Part shown: positions 1 through 13,322 of the stretch, piece after piece
Position numbering within the stretch: position 1 is the stretch's first letter
Layout: every line of letters begins with the position of its first letter
Assembly (NCBI GenBank): GCA_951406725.2
Contig: OX597814.1
Coordinates: 57,722,001 to 57,786,000 of the forward strand
Source of the DNA: Octopus vulgaris
Taxonomy: Eukaryota
Length of the DNA stretch: 64,000 nucleotides
Direction of reading: 5' to 3'
The notes under the pieces: generated by a model
Databases searched by the model: none
What the model saw: only the letters and a program-made list of their open reading frames with translations
Told to the model about the DNA's origin: nothing
Program-made: the position numbers and the translations under genes

Positions 1-473
1 TAGATATTTGTTTGAATGAAGCAAGTTTTATTTTAACATTGAATGTAAACGTTTTTTCAAATAGGAAATTATAAATATGTTTTCACTTAAAAATTCTCCT
101 ATATCACTTTTACTCTGAAAGTATTAGTGTGTGTTTTCACAACATTTTTTAACATACAAGAGAAGACAGAGAGAGAAAAGGGGAGAGTAAAATAGAAAGC
201 GAGAAAGAGAGAAAGAGAGAGTGTGTGAAAATATTCCAATTACTGAAAAATTCTTGTATGGAAAAAGTTTTACGCAAGAAATTTTGGCGAGCGTTGAAGT
301 AGGTTTTGCAGAGGAAGAAACATCAATTTTAGGAAGAAAAAAATCACATGTACGCACTGGTGCCGGTTTTCACTGTCATTCATCTATTAAAGTTCAAAGC
401 GTGATGTTTCGATGCATTCAATGCATATATATACCTTTACATGTATATATATATACGCACACACGCATTTACT

Positions 474-529
<56 letters not shown>

Positions 530-547
530 ATCTACATATAGACATTA

Positions 548-850
548 ACTGGCGCTCTATCGGTTATGATGGTGTATGTTTCGGTCGATAAGATCAACAG
601 TCCATTCGGCAAATTAACGTGCAATAGCTGAGCACTCTCCGAACACGCAGAACTTCGGGGAGATTTAGAGTGACTCAGAGTGGGACAAGGTTGGCCCTTT
701 GAATTGCAGATACACCTCAGTTTAGGCAGCTGAATAAACTGATGTAACATGAAACTTACAGTCTTATGGAAGGACACAGCCTGCTGCCAAGAATCGGCCT
801 TATAATGTTACAATCGTTAGCCAAATATCCTAAACATTAAGGCACGCGCC

Positions 851-853
<3 letters not shown>
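548..853 (-). mobile_element. tRNA-derived SINE (cephalopod-type), degenerate
   Basis: The reverse complement begins gaaggcgcgtgcc with a tRNA-like head, then tgtgtccttcc...caaagggccaaccttgtc...gcacgttaattt, as I recall for an abundant octopus SINE; flanked by (CA)n. Confidence 0.7.
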
Positions 854-920
<67 letters not shown>

Positions 921-944
921 AACACACATGCATATACATTTTAC

Positions 945-1130
945 TCCAGTCAATTGACCGCTACCATGCTGGGACACTGCCTTGAAGGGTTTTAGCCGAA
1001 AAAGTTTGCTCCAGGACATATTTTCTTAAATAGTCTCGTACTTATATCGACCACTTTTGCCGAACTGCGAATTTACAAGGACTTAAACTACTTGACCGTT
1101 TGGTGAGTGGCAATAGGGACAAACATAGAC
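945..1130 (-). mobile_element. SINE (catgctggg...gccttgaag family), degenerate
   Basis: Same motif as copies at ~22860, 25325, 29830, 46167 and 49280. Confidence 0.65.
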
Positions 1131-1174
1131 CCAAACACGCGCGCGCGCACACACACACACACACATTCACACAC

Positions 1175-1335
1175 ACGATGGGCTTCTTTCAGTTTTCCTC
1201 CAAATCCAGTCACAAGGTTTTGGCCGGCTCGTGGCTATAGTGGAAGGCAGTCGCCCAAGTTGCCATGCAATGGGACTGAACCCGGAAGCGTGTGTTTCGG
1301 AAGCAAGCTTCTCATAATGCAACCACGCCTGCACC
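1175..1335 (-). mobile_element. tRNA-derived SINE (gcgtggctgtgtggtaagaagcttgcttcc family)
   Basis: Reverse complement of the copy at 6705-6862; B-box-like ccgggttcagtccc. Confidence 0.75.
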
Positions 1336-1339
1336 TGTG

Positions 1340-1380
<41 letters not shown>

Positions 1381-4360
1381 GCATATATGTTGAAGCATGC
1401 GCTTTGGCTGGACGTTCATTTTACTGAAAGTGAACGGTGAATCAGAGAGAAAACGTTATACGTCATACTTTCGCCACGAAGTTTTCAACTTTTCGCACTA
1501 GCATTTTTGTAACATATTCTCGTTATTAAATGAATGTTTAGTTTAATACACTTTGACAGTTTACGATCTGTTTTCACGCCCTCTCATTCTACAGAATTAC
1601 TCACGCATGTAATATACATGTTTCCATTTTGTAACCTCAAACGCTTTTTCAGGATGGAAATGTAAAGGTTTTCGTAGAGGGAATTTATCTACATATTATA
1701 TCTATGAGAACACGAGCTATCCCCCTACATGCTGCAGATGTGATGTATGTGTTGTTCATTGTTTCTATTCTATGGAAAGAAAATGAGGTTAAAGGTGTCA
1801 TCTGAAACCTGAGAGCTATGTTGAATGATAAATCTGAAGGTGGAATATTTTTCAGACTCAAGTCAATTCCAATAATAAAACAACAATGTTTCTATTAAGA
1901 TTTAGATATTTTGAGAGAGGATATGAAATAATTCTTACCGTTTTCTGGAATGGTGTAACTCGAATCAGATAAAGCAATGAATAATATATTGTAACTATTT
2001 AAAAAATCCTTTTTGTTAGAAAAATTCTAAGGCTTCTCGTCAACAACATACAATTCTTGCTGGTAAGTATACAGTTTTCAAAATGGAGAGAGAAATTCAG
2101 AGGATTGGTTTGGTCCGATGGTAGAACATCCGCCAGGTTTACAGAACATGTGGGCTCGTATTCTACGGTCACCTTTGGACTTTTTCTATCCAAAGGGTTT
2201 TTCCCTCAATATTTACACACTAAGATGTATAACTTTATCTACTTCGAGTTTCAGCGTCCTCCCACAAAATTATTTCACCATTCCCGAAATTCTTCCAATC
2301 AAAAATCTCAGCCATAAATATGTCACAATAAACTACACTTCATTCATAAAATGAGACTGAGAAGGTATAGCGATGTAAATAAACTTAGAAAAATCATTCC
2401 TCCAAACTAGACGTATAAGACAAATAACAAAATATTTTAAAATCATTACCAGAAAAGATTAAAAACCATCTTAATTGTGCTTTAATTTAATATGATTGGA
2501 AGAAATGTTTCGCTACATATGGGCATAGTCGAAGAGAGACATACATATACGTATATATGTGTATGTGTGTGTAACACATACACACACACGCGCGCGCGCT
2601 AACACACACACGCACATATGGATATTATTATTTCTCGAGAAAGTAATTGCACCAATGCGGAGTACATGCACTGGCCCAATTCTTTATCATTATTCGTATA
2701 TTGGTTAGCTATTTAACCATTAATCATTATTCAGTAAATCAACGGATCAGCTATGTTTACCGATGTCCTTCCATTACCATTCAAGACCTCTTGAATGACA
2801 TGTCTTCGCTGGTAAAAAAAAAAACGATCAGTTAGTTAACTACTGAATCAGTGTGTGTGTTTATTATTGGTGTACTGACCCTCCCAAAATACAACAAAAT
2901 CAGCAAACGGGTTCACATTAATAGTCTTGGAAACCAAATTCTCTGTCTCCCTCTTCCTCTCTATATTTACATGTATAATATATATATAATATATATATGT
3001 GCATTTCTCTCTATAGGTATCTCTCCCTCACTCTCTCTATCTATATATAGAGATATAAATATTCAGATAGATAAGTGTGTGTGTGTGTGTGTGAGGACGT
3101 GCATAGAGACTAGATAAATACACGTGTGAGTATACGTTTCTATGTATGTGTGATTTCTTTCGTTGTGCGTGATAATTCCTATTTAACCAACACCCCACTA
3201 CTGATACCTTTACATATCATTATTATGCGACTAAATTATCAAATATGCTCTTAAGACAAGTGTTTACCAAATATTAAAAGTGATAATGTTTCCATACGGG
3301 ATAAATTTAACGAGGTTAACACTCACAATGGTAAAATTTGATTCCAAAGCTAATTCTTTTATCATTTCATAAACAAAAAAAAAACAATAACAAAATTGTT
3401 TTGCGAACAGAGACTGAGGCGTATAGACATCATCCGTAACATTTGAAAACTATATCCAAATTGAATATAATTCTAATGGATTTCTCACCATTAGAGTTTC
3501 CATTAAAACAGAAACTGAAAATAATAAAGAAAAGAAAGAATAAGTAGTGTATTATCAAGAATGTAATATTTCGGCTTATGTGGCGGCCATCTTTGTCATG
3601 ATATTTTATTGCGTTTTAAGACCATAAAATATAATTGTGATATCTATTCAAATAAATGGTATTTTATGAATGCATAAATATATATCTATAAAACAATATT
3701 AATTAGAATAATGTTTTATTTCACATTGACAGAAAGCCACTACAAGTTGGAGGAAATAACAATTACTGCTTCTAATATAGGCACAAGGCCTGAAATATCC
3801 GGAGAAAATGTTAGTCAATGATATCAAACTTAGTACTTTAATTGTGATTTATTATCGAAATGTGAAGATGAAAGGCAAAATCGAAGGTAATCATCGTATG
3901 TCTGTAACCCAAAGAAGGATGATCACCACGTGGTTAGCTTTAAATAAAGCTCATGTGACTAAATAGCTTATGAGACATATATACATTGGATAAAACGTGT
4001 ATATTGAAACAAGAGTTTCCAATTTTGAGTATAAGGTAAACTTCTAGATTTCTTTCTATCTTCAGTGAAAACTGATCCTTTTTATCCCTTTAGTACGTAA
4101 TATAAGACCTTATCGATTGTGGTATTGCACAGAGCTGCAGATTAAATCTAGAACTCAAAACATACACTTCATGCCGACGGAATTCAGCATAATTTCTGTC
4201 TGGCACATATCATCCAAAAAGGCTCGAGTCAATACGAGGCTATGGTAGAATATGCTCACTCAAACACACACTCACGTATATTCATTCGTGCTATTGAACA
4301 TTTACAGCATATAAGAATTTTTCATGTACTGTAACATACACTTTATATGTTACATATGAT

Positions 4361-4869
4361 TACCATAAATCCTCGTTTATAATCCGTATTTTCCCCCAAA
4401 ATTTAAGGGTCAAAATCACTAGTGCGTACTATATACGTGGTTAAAAATGAAAAATATTTTCTAAGCAATGTCCGAGTCTGTATTTGCTATCCGACATTGT
4501 TTATTCAGCCGCATTTTGTGATGTCGGACGCGAAAATACCTTAAGCTAAGCCTGAAAGCAATGAAGTCATAAAAGAATCATCCATAACATTTATTAAAAT
4601 AAAAGTATTCAGAACACAGAATAACATATAACAAAACCAATTTGCAAACATGTACATTCCCATATAACAGTTAATAACATCACCATTATTGTATTACGCG
4701 TGCGCGTAAGTGTTTGTTCGACTAGGTGCTACTAGCTTAATTACGGACGACTCAAGTTAGAGAAGGGGAGCGTATTATACACAAGGTTTAGGTTTTACAG
4801 AATTACAACCCCCTAAAAATCCCCTGCGTATTATACTCAAGGGCGGACTATACTCGAGGATTTACGGTA
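4361..4869. mobile_element. Non-autonomous Tc2/pogo-like MITE
   Basis: Terminal inverted repeats TA-ccataaatcctcgtttataatccg / cggactatactcgaggatttacgg-TA, TA target duplication, subterminal gcgta(c/t)tata repeats, no ORF. Confidence 0.8.
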
Positions 4870-5754
4870 TCTTAACCGTTTTCAACGAACGTCTACAAAT
4901 TATATTGAAAGTACTAACATGCTTAAGAAACTGCACCTGATTAAAAATTAAGATAACATCAGTAACCCGATATATTACGTAGATACCATCAAGGGTTATA
5001 ACGGCATACACTGAAGCAGTTATTTATTGAAATGTAGAAGAAAACTATTTTAATAGATAGAAATTTGTAAGGAGTATTTCGGAAGATATCTTTGAGGTAG
5101 CAACAATGCAGCTGATTATTTTAATTCAGATTCGTTTAAAAGTTAAATATAACGTGAAAATAATAGTTGGTAAGACAAATCATCTAGGTTTTCAAAGCAG
5201 CACGATTAACTATGAATTTCATATTGTCTGCTGTTAATTGCAGAGTAATCTGAAATAAATATTAAAAACGCCCAATTCTTTAAATTGGATCGACGAACTT
5301 AAATTAAGTCTTCGACTTCATCACTGGGTCCAAAGTTAGCTCATCCTGACTGATTGTCGGCTTGGATGTACAATTGACTACAGCCAGATGAATTACTAGT
5401 ACTAGATTCAACTGCGGATATCTTTACTGGTTGTCCATCGAGATATCTACAGAGCTAGTTGTGAGGTTTGTGCGGTGTGGCAAGCACACGTCCTTACAAC
5501 TGTACTCATTACAGCTGTATATCGCTATCCATCCATCCATTCATCCGCCCGTCCGTCCGTCCTTCTACCCATCCAATCGTCCGTCCATCCACCCATCCAC
5601 CGTCCGTCGGGTCATCCGTCTGTCCATACATACATACGTACATACATACATACCTACGTACATGTTTGAAACTACACTCATTACAACGTATACACATATA
5701 AAGTAAGAGCTTCCCCTATCAATGCACAGGTATTTACATAAATGTGAAACTGGT

Positions 5755-5785
<31 letters not shown>

Positions 5786-6102
5786 GTGTGTGTGTGTGTG
5801 TATGTGTGTGTGTGTGTATTTGAAAGTATATATACGTATGTATAAATATGCATACATGCATGTCTCTCTCTCTATATCTATCTATCTATATGCGTATACA
5901 CATGTACCTGAATGTATGCATGCATGTATGTATGTATGTATGTATGTATGTATGTATGTATGTATATATATATATATATATATATATCCTTCATTTAATG
6001 CTAATATTGTCCTTACGACATATGCAAACGGTTTGAATACGCTGTAACATATTCCAGTGATTTCACATAATTATATTAAATATTTTCATAATTTTGTTTG
6101 CT

Positions 6103-6137
<35 letters not shown>

Positions 6138-6704
6138 CAGCGTTTCTCATTTCCTTTAAATCTCAAGGCTTTTCGGTTTAGCCAAAAGTAAACCAATATT
6201 TAGTATATGTTGTGGAAAGCTATAGGGTAAGTGGTTAGCTTCTAGTGTATGTGTGTGTGGAGAGAGAGAGAGAGGGGGAGAGAAAGAGTGCAAGAGAGAG
6301 ACAGAAAGAGATAGGGAGGGTGAGTGGGGGGTAGAGAGATGGGAGAGAGATGGGAGAGAGAGATGGGAGAGAGAGAGAGAGAATTTTTATTCGACCAGTC
6401 TCGGAATATAACTGATGTATCACTAAATATATTCATATATTCTTATATATAGTGAGAAAAACGATAAGCATACCACGAAACTAGAAACTCAGGAGAATTG
6501 AAGTAAATCACTACATACAAATACATAAGCACAAATACATCAGTACATGTTATACAAAATAAATGTGGTGAAGAATCACATACATACATGCATACATACA
6601 TACATGCATGCATACATACATAAATACATACATAAATAAATACATACATGCATACATAGATACATACATGCATACATACATACATACATGCGTGCATGCA
6701 TACA

Positions 6705-6860
6705 GGCGTGGCTGTGTGGTAAAAAGCTTGTTTCCCAAACACATGATTCTGAGTTCAGTCCTACTGCGTGATACCTTGGGCAAGTGTCTTCTACTATAGC
6801 CTCGGGCCGACCACGACCCTGTGAGTGGAATTGTTAGACGGAAACTGAACGAAGACGGTC

Positions 6861-6862
<2 letters not shown>
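6705..6862 (+). mobile_element. tRNA-derived SINE, full length
   Basis: ggcgtggctgtgtggtaaaaagcttg...gagttcagtcc...gggcaagtgtcttctactatagcc...gacggaaactga, ending in (TA)n. Confidence 0.8.
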
Positions 6863-6895
<33 letters not shown>

Positions 6896-7604
6896 TCAAT
6901 AAATGGTGGGGTTTTGTTGACCGCACGTGGAGAAATGATAAGCAAGGAAAAATTGTAAAAAAAATTGTAATCTGCCTATATATATATATTGATAAAACGG
7001 TAAGATAACAAAAGAAAGAAAGAGACCTCAATATTATGTAAATAGAGGAAATTTATCTATACAATATGTTACATTACTCGGTAGTCAAGATAATTATATA
7101 TATAATTATAGGGTAAAATCATTAAAATTAATGAAATTTATTAGTGGCCAGCATATAAAAATAATCTTTTTGGTAAAATTCAGATATACAGATATATAAT
7201 TATGTAGAATAAAATAAAATTATAAATAAGGGCACAGAATCTACCATATCTATACGCTAGAAAGAGATGTCAACTAGTATAAATTTTTACTTCAATATAC
7301 ACACGTTAAAACCGGAAAAGTGGACCGACCAAAATTTCATAGAATAATTCAGATAGTTCTAGTTTGATGGATTTCTGGATTAGTTTAATAAATCTTCCTT
7401 CGCCAGTAGAATATACTGAGCAAAATAAATGAATATATTTATACATACTCACAGAACCTTTTGATCGGTTCATTTTCCTGCTTCCACCCATGTATATTGA
7501 AGTGAAAATTTATGATGGTTGGACGTTTTTGGCGTCTCTTTCTAACATATAGCCATGGTGGCTTCTGTGCCCTTAATTATAATTGTATTATATACAATTA
7601 TCTC

Positions 7605-7610
7605 TTTCCT

Positions 7611-7661
<51 letters not shown>

Positions 7662-7728
7662 CTCTTTCTTTCTTTCTTTCTTTCTTTCTCTCTTTCTTTC
7701 TCTTTCTTTCTGTCTTTCTTTCTTTCAT

Positions 7729-7762
<34 letters not shown>
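7605..7762. repeat. (CTTT)n/(CT)n/(CA)n compound microsatellite
   Basis: Directly visible. Confidence 0.95.
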
Positions 7763-7899
7763 TAATAATGCATCCCGGCGTTGCCCGGGTGTTATGACCG
7801 ACAAACACGTATTATTTGCTCCTTATGAGCAGAATCGGCACAGCTGACATATAGTTAATGGAATAATGGAAGCTATTGTTTGTTTAATGCACGTGTACC

Positions 7900-8850
7900 T
7901 TGGTGATTTCATTTTCTTTCGATTTTTCTCTCTCTTTCCGACGAAGTGCTATGTTCGAAATATCAAACTTTTCCCTTTCACCCAGCGTCAAGCAAATACA
8001 CTTCTTGAGCACGTCTTCACGTTGTTTTTGTATTTTTCGTTTTTTATTCGTTTATTTGAATTGAGTATATATACACGTATACGTATGCATGTGTATACAT
8101 TCTCACTTGTACTTCCAAACAACTTATGAGAGCCACACCCACACCCTATGTGCCCAGCGCGACCACGTCATACAGGAAATCCCCCACTTCTCACCGCTCT
8201 TTGCTCGACCACACAACTTCAAGCCATACTATATCAGACACACCACATCAATAGCAAACTGCGCAAAAGATACGCAAAATTCGCTCACTCATACCCCACC
8301 GTCCCACTTCTCCTGCCTCGCTCAACACCTCTACTGTCTATACTATCCCGAGTATAATACACTCTAATACACTCTTCCGCCTAAATGAGTTCGTCTTAAC
8401 ACTCAATTGTTCTTCTCTGGTAAATTCTATAATCACGTCAGCGGTGTTGCTATGGGCACCAGGATGGGGCCCAATTATGCCAACCTCTTTGTAGGTTATG
8501 TAGAGGAGCAAATTTTTGCTCCCTTACTTGGATGCATCCCAGAGCTTTATGATCGTTACATTGACGACTTCATTGGCGCCACAAACATTAACAGACAACA
8601 GCCCAATGATTTTATTTCTTTTGTTAACACCTTCACGCAGCCTTGGAATTCACTTGCACCACATCTGATACTTCTGTTTGCTTTCTTGACATCTCCGTCA
8701 AAATACACAATACCCACCTATGTCTACTATAAACCTACTGACTCCCACTTCTACCCCTACTACTCTTCCTCTCATCCCAAACACATTAAATCTGCTATAC
8801 CTTTCTATCAATTTCTTCGCCTTCGACGACATTGCAACATCGTTCCAGCA
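7900..8850 (+). mobile_element. Penelope-like retroelement relic: degenerate pLTR plus reverse transcriptase fragment
   Basis: ORF 8407-8868: GVAMGTRMGPNYANLF, RYIDD catalytic motif, YYKPTDSH..Y.SSHP.H.K..IP..QFLRLRR thumb region typical of PLE RT. Upstream ccgacgaag...cgaaat resembles a decayed hammerhead core. Confidence 0.85.
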
Positions 8851-9149
8851 ACCAAAAATAATTCATAAGCGATTGATGGTTCTATGAAATCCAACAAGCA
8901 TTGATGAAAGCCTTAAGAGATCTATTGTTCCAAACAGCCTGCAAGAAACTCACATGACAATATGAAAGACTTTAAAAAATAAAAGTCATGTTTTCAATCC
9001 AATATGTCTAAAAGAAAATGCGCGTCTATCTCTACGGCGGTCGCTTCCGGGGCGATTTCGTTTCATTTAATTCTGAAGTATATTGTGTTTTAATACAATA
9101 TATCTGCAAAGGAATCTTTACTGAGACGACTACTTCAGCCTTCACTAAC

Positions 9150-9620
9150 GTTTCAAGGATACCCATTCAGGTATCCATGATTGAGACATTTTTGCGCCCC
9201 GCCATTCAAAGTAGATATCACACATGGTTGCAGCAAGTTGGGCAACTGCTCAGATCGCAAGAGAAACAATGTAGTTGTTATGGGAGTGCTTTGGAAAGAG
9301 AATAATCTCCCGCTACGGCAATGTCAACTGGCCGTCATACTCCCCAGACTTGACTAGCCCGGATTTTTTCTTGTGTAGATACTTGAAAGAGAGGCTATAC
9401 GTCAATAAACCGGAGACCCTGATGCAACTGAAGGAGAACATCAATATAGAAATCAGAGAAGTGTGGTCTGAAACTGTTGAGGGTTTTATAGTGCAAGTTT
9501 TGGAAAGAGTACGGGCGTGCGAAACCGAAGATTGCTGCTATTTAAGCGATATCATTTTTCATATGTGATGTGTTGCAAAATTTGACGCGTGCACATTAAT
9601 TTCCATTATGTTCTTTATAT
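9150..9620 (+). mobile_element. Tc1/mariner (DDxD-type) transposase C-terminal relic
   Basis: ISRYGNVNWPSYSPDLTSPDFFLCRYLKERLYVNKPETL matches the WPPRSPDLTPxDFFLWGYLK motif; frameshifted upstream. Confidence 0.85.
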
Positions 9621-9668
9621 TGTATCAAAGTTTCATGTACACACGTACACTCACACACACGCGCGCAC

Positions 9669-9710
<42 letters not shown>

Positions 9711-10015
9711 CGCACAACACCCACAACACCCACAACACACACACAACATATACGCGCGTACATATACACACACGCACACGCGCACAAACACAAATATACG
9801 CACGCGCACGTACACACACACATACACACAAAGATATACATACACATGTACACACGATCAACTTGAACTTGAACAGTAATAGGTCAAATACGAATTTTGG
9901 AATGTCAATTGATTTATTCTGTTTGTTTATGAATGCACTGGTTGGTGTTTTGCCCAAATTTTGTCTATCAAACATCTATAAATATACAATTCAAAAATTA
10001 TAATATACTGTCAGC

Positions 10016-10080
<65 letters not shown>

Positions 10081-10497
10081 TTCCAACTCGTTCATTAATT
10101 CTATATGGTGCATTATTTTGAATATATAATTGATAAAGGCATTGTCAATGGTCTTTTTCTGAAAAGGACAAATTATTTACAAAGAACATGAATATTCTGA
10201 AAATATTGTTTAAAACAAATTATAAAGACAGATAGACAGACACTCAGGTACACACACACTTGCGCGCGGTGTGGTACAATCTGTGTGTGGTTCGTGTAAT
10301 TTTGATTTGTTGACGTATTTGTTATTGTAGCGGCAGTGTTTTATAGGCTTGACCGTTAGTTTGTTAGAAATCCATTATTAGTGTTTGCTATATTCTGTGG
10401 AATATTCTGTCATATATCTATATATGGACATGCACAATTTTGTATATCTACACATACACATACACACGCACGTATACACATACACACAACAATAAAC

Positions 10498-10533
<36 letters not shown>

Positions 10534-10535
<2 letters not shown>

Positions 10536-10653
10536 AAGTAAATAAACATCTTTTAAATTGCATTTTCAAACCTTCTTTCGTGTGTATATATATATATATA
10601 TACACACGAAAGAAGGTTTGAAAATGCAATTTAAAAGATGTTTATTTACTTTA
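10534..10653. repeat. Perfect 120 bp palindrome centred on (TA)n
   Basis: taaagtaaataaacatc...ttcgtgtg-(TA)9-cacacgaa...gatgtttatttacttta, no mismatches or spacer. Confidence 0.95.
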
Positions 10654-10744
10654 CCGGTTTCACTCTTTGGAAAAAGATTGTCAAAAGTAACATGTAGAAG
10701 TTTGGTTGCGTTAATTATTGGTTGTTACAAATTGCTAAATTACA

Positions 10745-11110
10745 TATATACAGTCTTTGGTAACAGGGACATGTTAAAGACATAAAAAAGTTCAACAAGT
10801 TCCTTAAAATATTGGGCACAAAAGATTACTACATAAATAATCGTTCACAAGGACATGCTTAAGATAGTTTCCAGAAGGAATTGTGGCATTGTACCTGTAT
10901 ATTCAAACATGCACAGAATATTGGTTGACACAGAGTACTACAATCCATATAAATATACATTCTTTGGTGACAAGAACATGTTGAGAATACAAAAAAGTTT
11001 AACAAGCTCATTGAAATAATGGGCACAAAAGATTACAACAAATATATAATACACTCTCAAGTTAATTTCCAGAAGGAATTATTTAAAAAGTTCAGTATAC
11101 ACGTACAGAA
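10745..11110. repeat. Diverged direct repeat, period ~205-210 bp
   Basis: atatacagtctttggtaacagggacatgtt...gggcacaaaagattac recurs at ~10953. Confidence 0.75.
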
Positions 11111-11157
11111 TATTATGAGTTCAAAAAGATTTACATTATAATAGTAGTGAAGCTAAA

Positions 11158-11251
11158 ACTGACCTGTCCGCTATGGTAGCGTAAAAGAATATTATCTATT
11201 TCAAGGGACACAGATAATATTCTTCTACGCTACCATAGTGGACAGGTCAGT
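11158..11251. repeat. Hairpin / inverted repeat, 40 bp arms, 14 nt loop
   Basis: actgacctgtccgctatggtagcgtaaaagaatattatct / agataatattcttctacgctaccatagtggacaggtcagt, 2 differences. Confidence 0.9.
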
Positions 11252-11661
11252 GCCTATTGGTTAGTGAAATTTGGAATTAGTGCGTTAATACCACAGCTTT
11301 TCGAGGAAAGTAAATGTATTCTTAACGGTTTTTGTAAAATGTTGATGTCTAAATGTACGTATGAATATAACTTCAGACACAGATACGTATGCGTGGCTAC
11401 GTACTTAGAGTTAATCATACATAACATACACACACGCATACATATGCATACGCATGCATAGGCATAGACATATCCACACATATACATACATATACACGCG
11501 CAGTCATATATAAAAATTAAAATATATGTGTCTACATATATGTACGTATATACACACTTACACACACACACACACGTTCATACATACGCATACATACATA
11601 CATACAGACAGACAGGCAGATACATATATATATACGTATATATATACATATATATATGTAC

Positions 11662-11692
<31 letters not shown>

Positions 11693-12162
11693 GATATATA
11701 TACATATACATACACACATACACACACATATATATACATACATACATATACAGACATGCGCTTGAGCACAACACATAAATATGTATACATCTATGCATAC
11801 ACACACATGTACGTAAATACACATCCATATACATACTTAAAAGTTATCTTCACATACTCATAATTAATTACGTATTTGTGTGTGTATATACATTCATATA
11901 AGTACAAGAAAAAAGGAAATGATTAAAGTCATTTATATATCTGATAAAATAACGTGAAATAGTTAATATTAATATGTGGAATTATAGTTACGCACGAACA
12001 TATCGATTTACATACATACACATACACATATACACGAATACATAGATAGACACACAAATATTCGCGCGCATATGTAATACATATACATACATTCATATAA
12101 GTACATATATTAGTACGCGCATATGATCAAAGTATCATGTATGATATAATTATAAGTCAATC

Positions 12163-12693
12163 GATGTCTGATTAGCAAGGTGAAGCGGCTGACCTCCCCT
12201 GTTCGAAGGTTGTAATGGACGCAGGTTCGTGTGTCATATAGCTAGCTAGAGGCGATGGCCTCTTGGAGCAAATCAGCGACAGCTTTAGTCTTATATTTAT
12301 AGACTGCCATATTAGTATGGCGATAACTATTAATATCCAGTAACGCTGCCGTAATCTCCTTTAGAGAGACTTAGTAATTTTAATATTTCTATTATTGAAA
12401 ACAAGTGGATGTATTCCACTATAACTAGGTAAATAGAATCTTCGAACAGACGGTCAGTAGCGACACCTGCTGATTCTGACTACGCTGCATTAATAAAGGG
12501 CAACAACCCTGAAACATGTCTGCAGATGTCTGACTAGCAAGGGGAAGCGGCTGACCTCCCCTGTTCCAAGGTTGTAATGGACGCAGGTTCGTGTGTCATA
12601 TAGCTAGCTAGAGGCGATGGCCTCTTGGAGCTAATCAGCGACAGTTTAGTCTTATATTTATAGACTGCCATATTAGTATGGCGATAACTATTA

Positions 12694-12697
<4 letters not shown>
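12163..12697 (+). mobile_element. Partial tandem element (362 bp unit, ~1.5 copies), retrozyme/PLE-pLTR-like, ending in (TA)n
   Basis: 12163-12336 repeated at 12525-12697; hammerhead-shaped fold just before the second copy. Confidence 0.75.
12485..12525 (+). ncRNA. Type I hammerhead fold with mutated core
   Basis: ctgca-TTAATAA (for CTGATGA)-aggg caacaa ccct-GAAA-catg-TC-tgcag; all three stems intact, three transitions in the core. Confidence 0.6.
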
Positions 12698-12731
<34 letters not shown>

Positions 12732-13026
12732 AATGTAAGATCATAGGGGCAATGGTAATGTGAGATGTGAGGATTTTAGTTATTCCAAAGAGTTTCAAAT
12801 AAGCATAAATGAATAAATAAATGGGCACATATATCAATATCAATTGTATGTACACACACACACACACACACACAACACTTTTTCGTTTCTTTTTTTAAAT
12901 GGACATAAATTATATTTTTCATATATTTTTCATATATACCTATATTTTAAGGGAATTTCATTCCCCCAAAATACTAGGTATTGAACCAGTATTTATTTGG
13001 ATACAACCATCCCTTCACGAAGTTAA

Positions 13027-13061
13027 CATTTCCTCTAATTAAATTTACACACACACACACA

Positions 13062-13134
<73 letters not shown>

Positions 13135-13249
13135 TCCTGGGTACAAAACGTGCGCAACGGTACAGATCACATGTAAACAAACGAGAGAAAAACGAGTGAA
13201 GTACATTAACACACACACACACACAATCATATACAGATAGATAGATAGG

Positions 13250-13315
<66 letters not shown>

Positions 13316-13322
13316 GATAAAC
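13027..13322. repeat. (CA)n and (TAGA)n microsatellites
   Basis: Directly visible. Confidence 0.95.

Noticed and set aside
1939-2356. Possible minus-strand exon (ccttctcag...acg|gtaaga) and ORF 1999-2193
   Set aside because: No continuous frame or recognisable protein; splice-like motifs alone are insufficient
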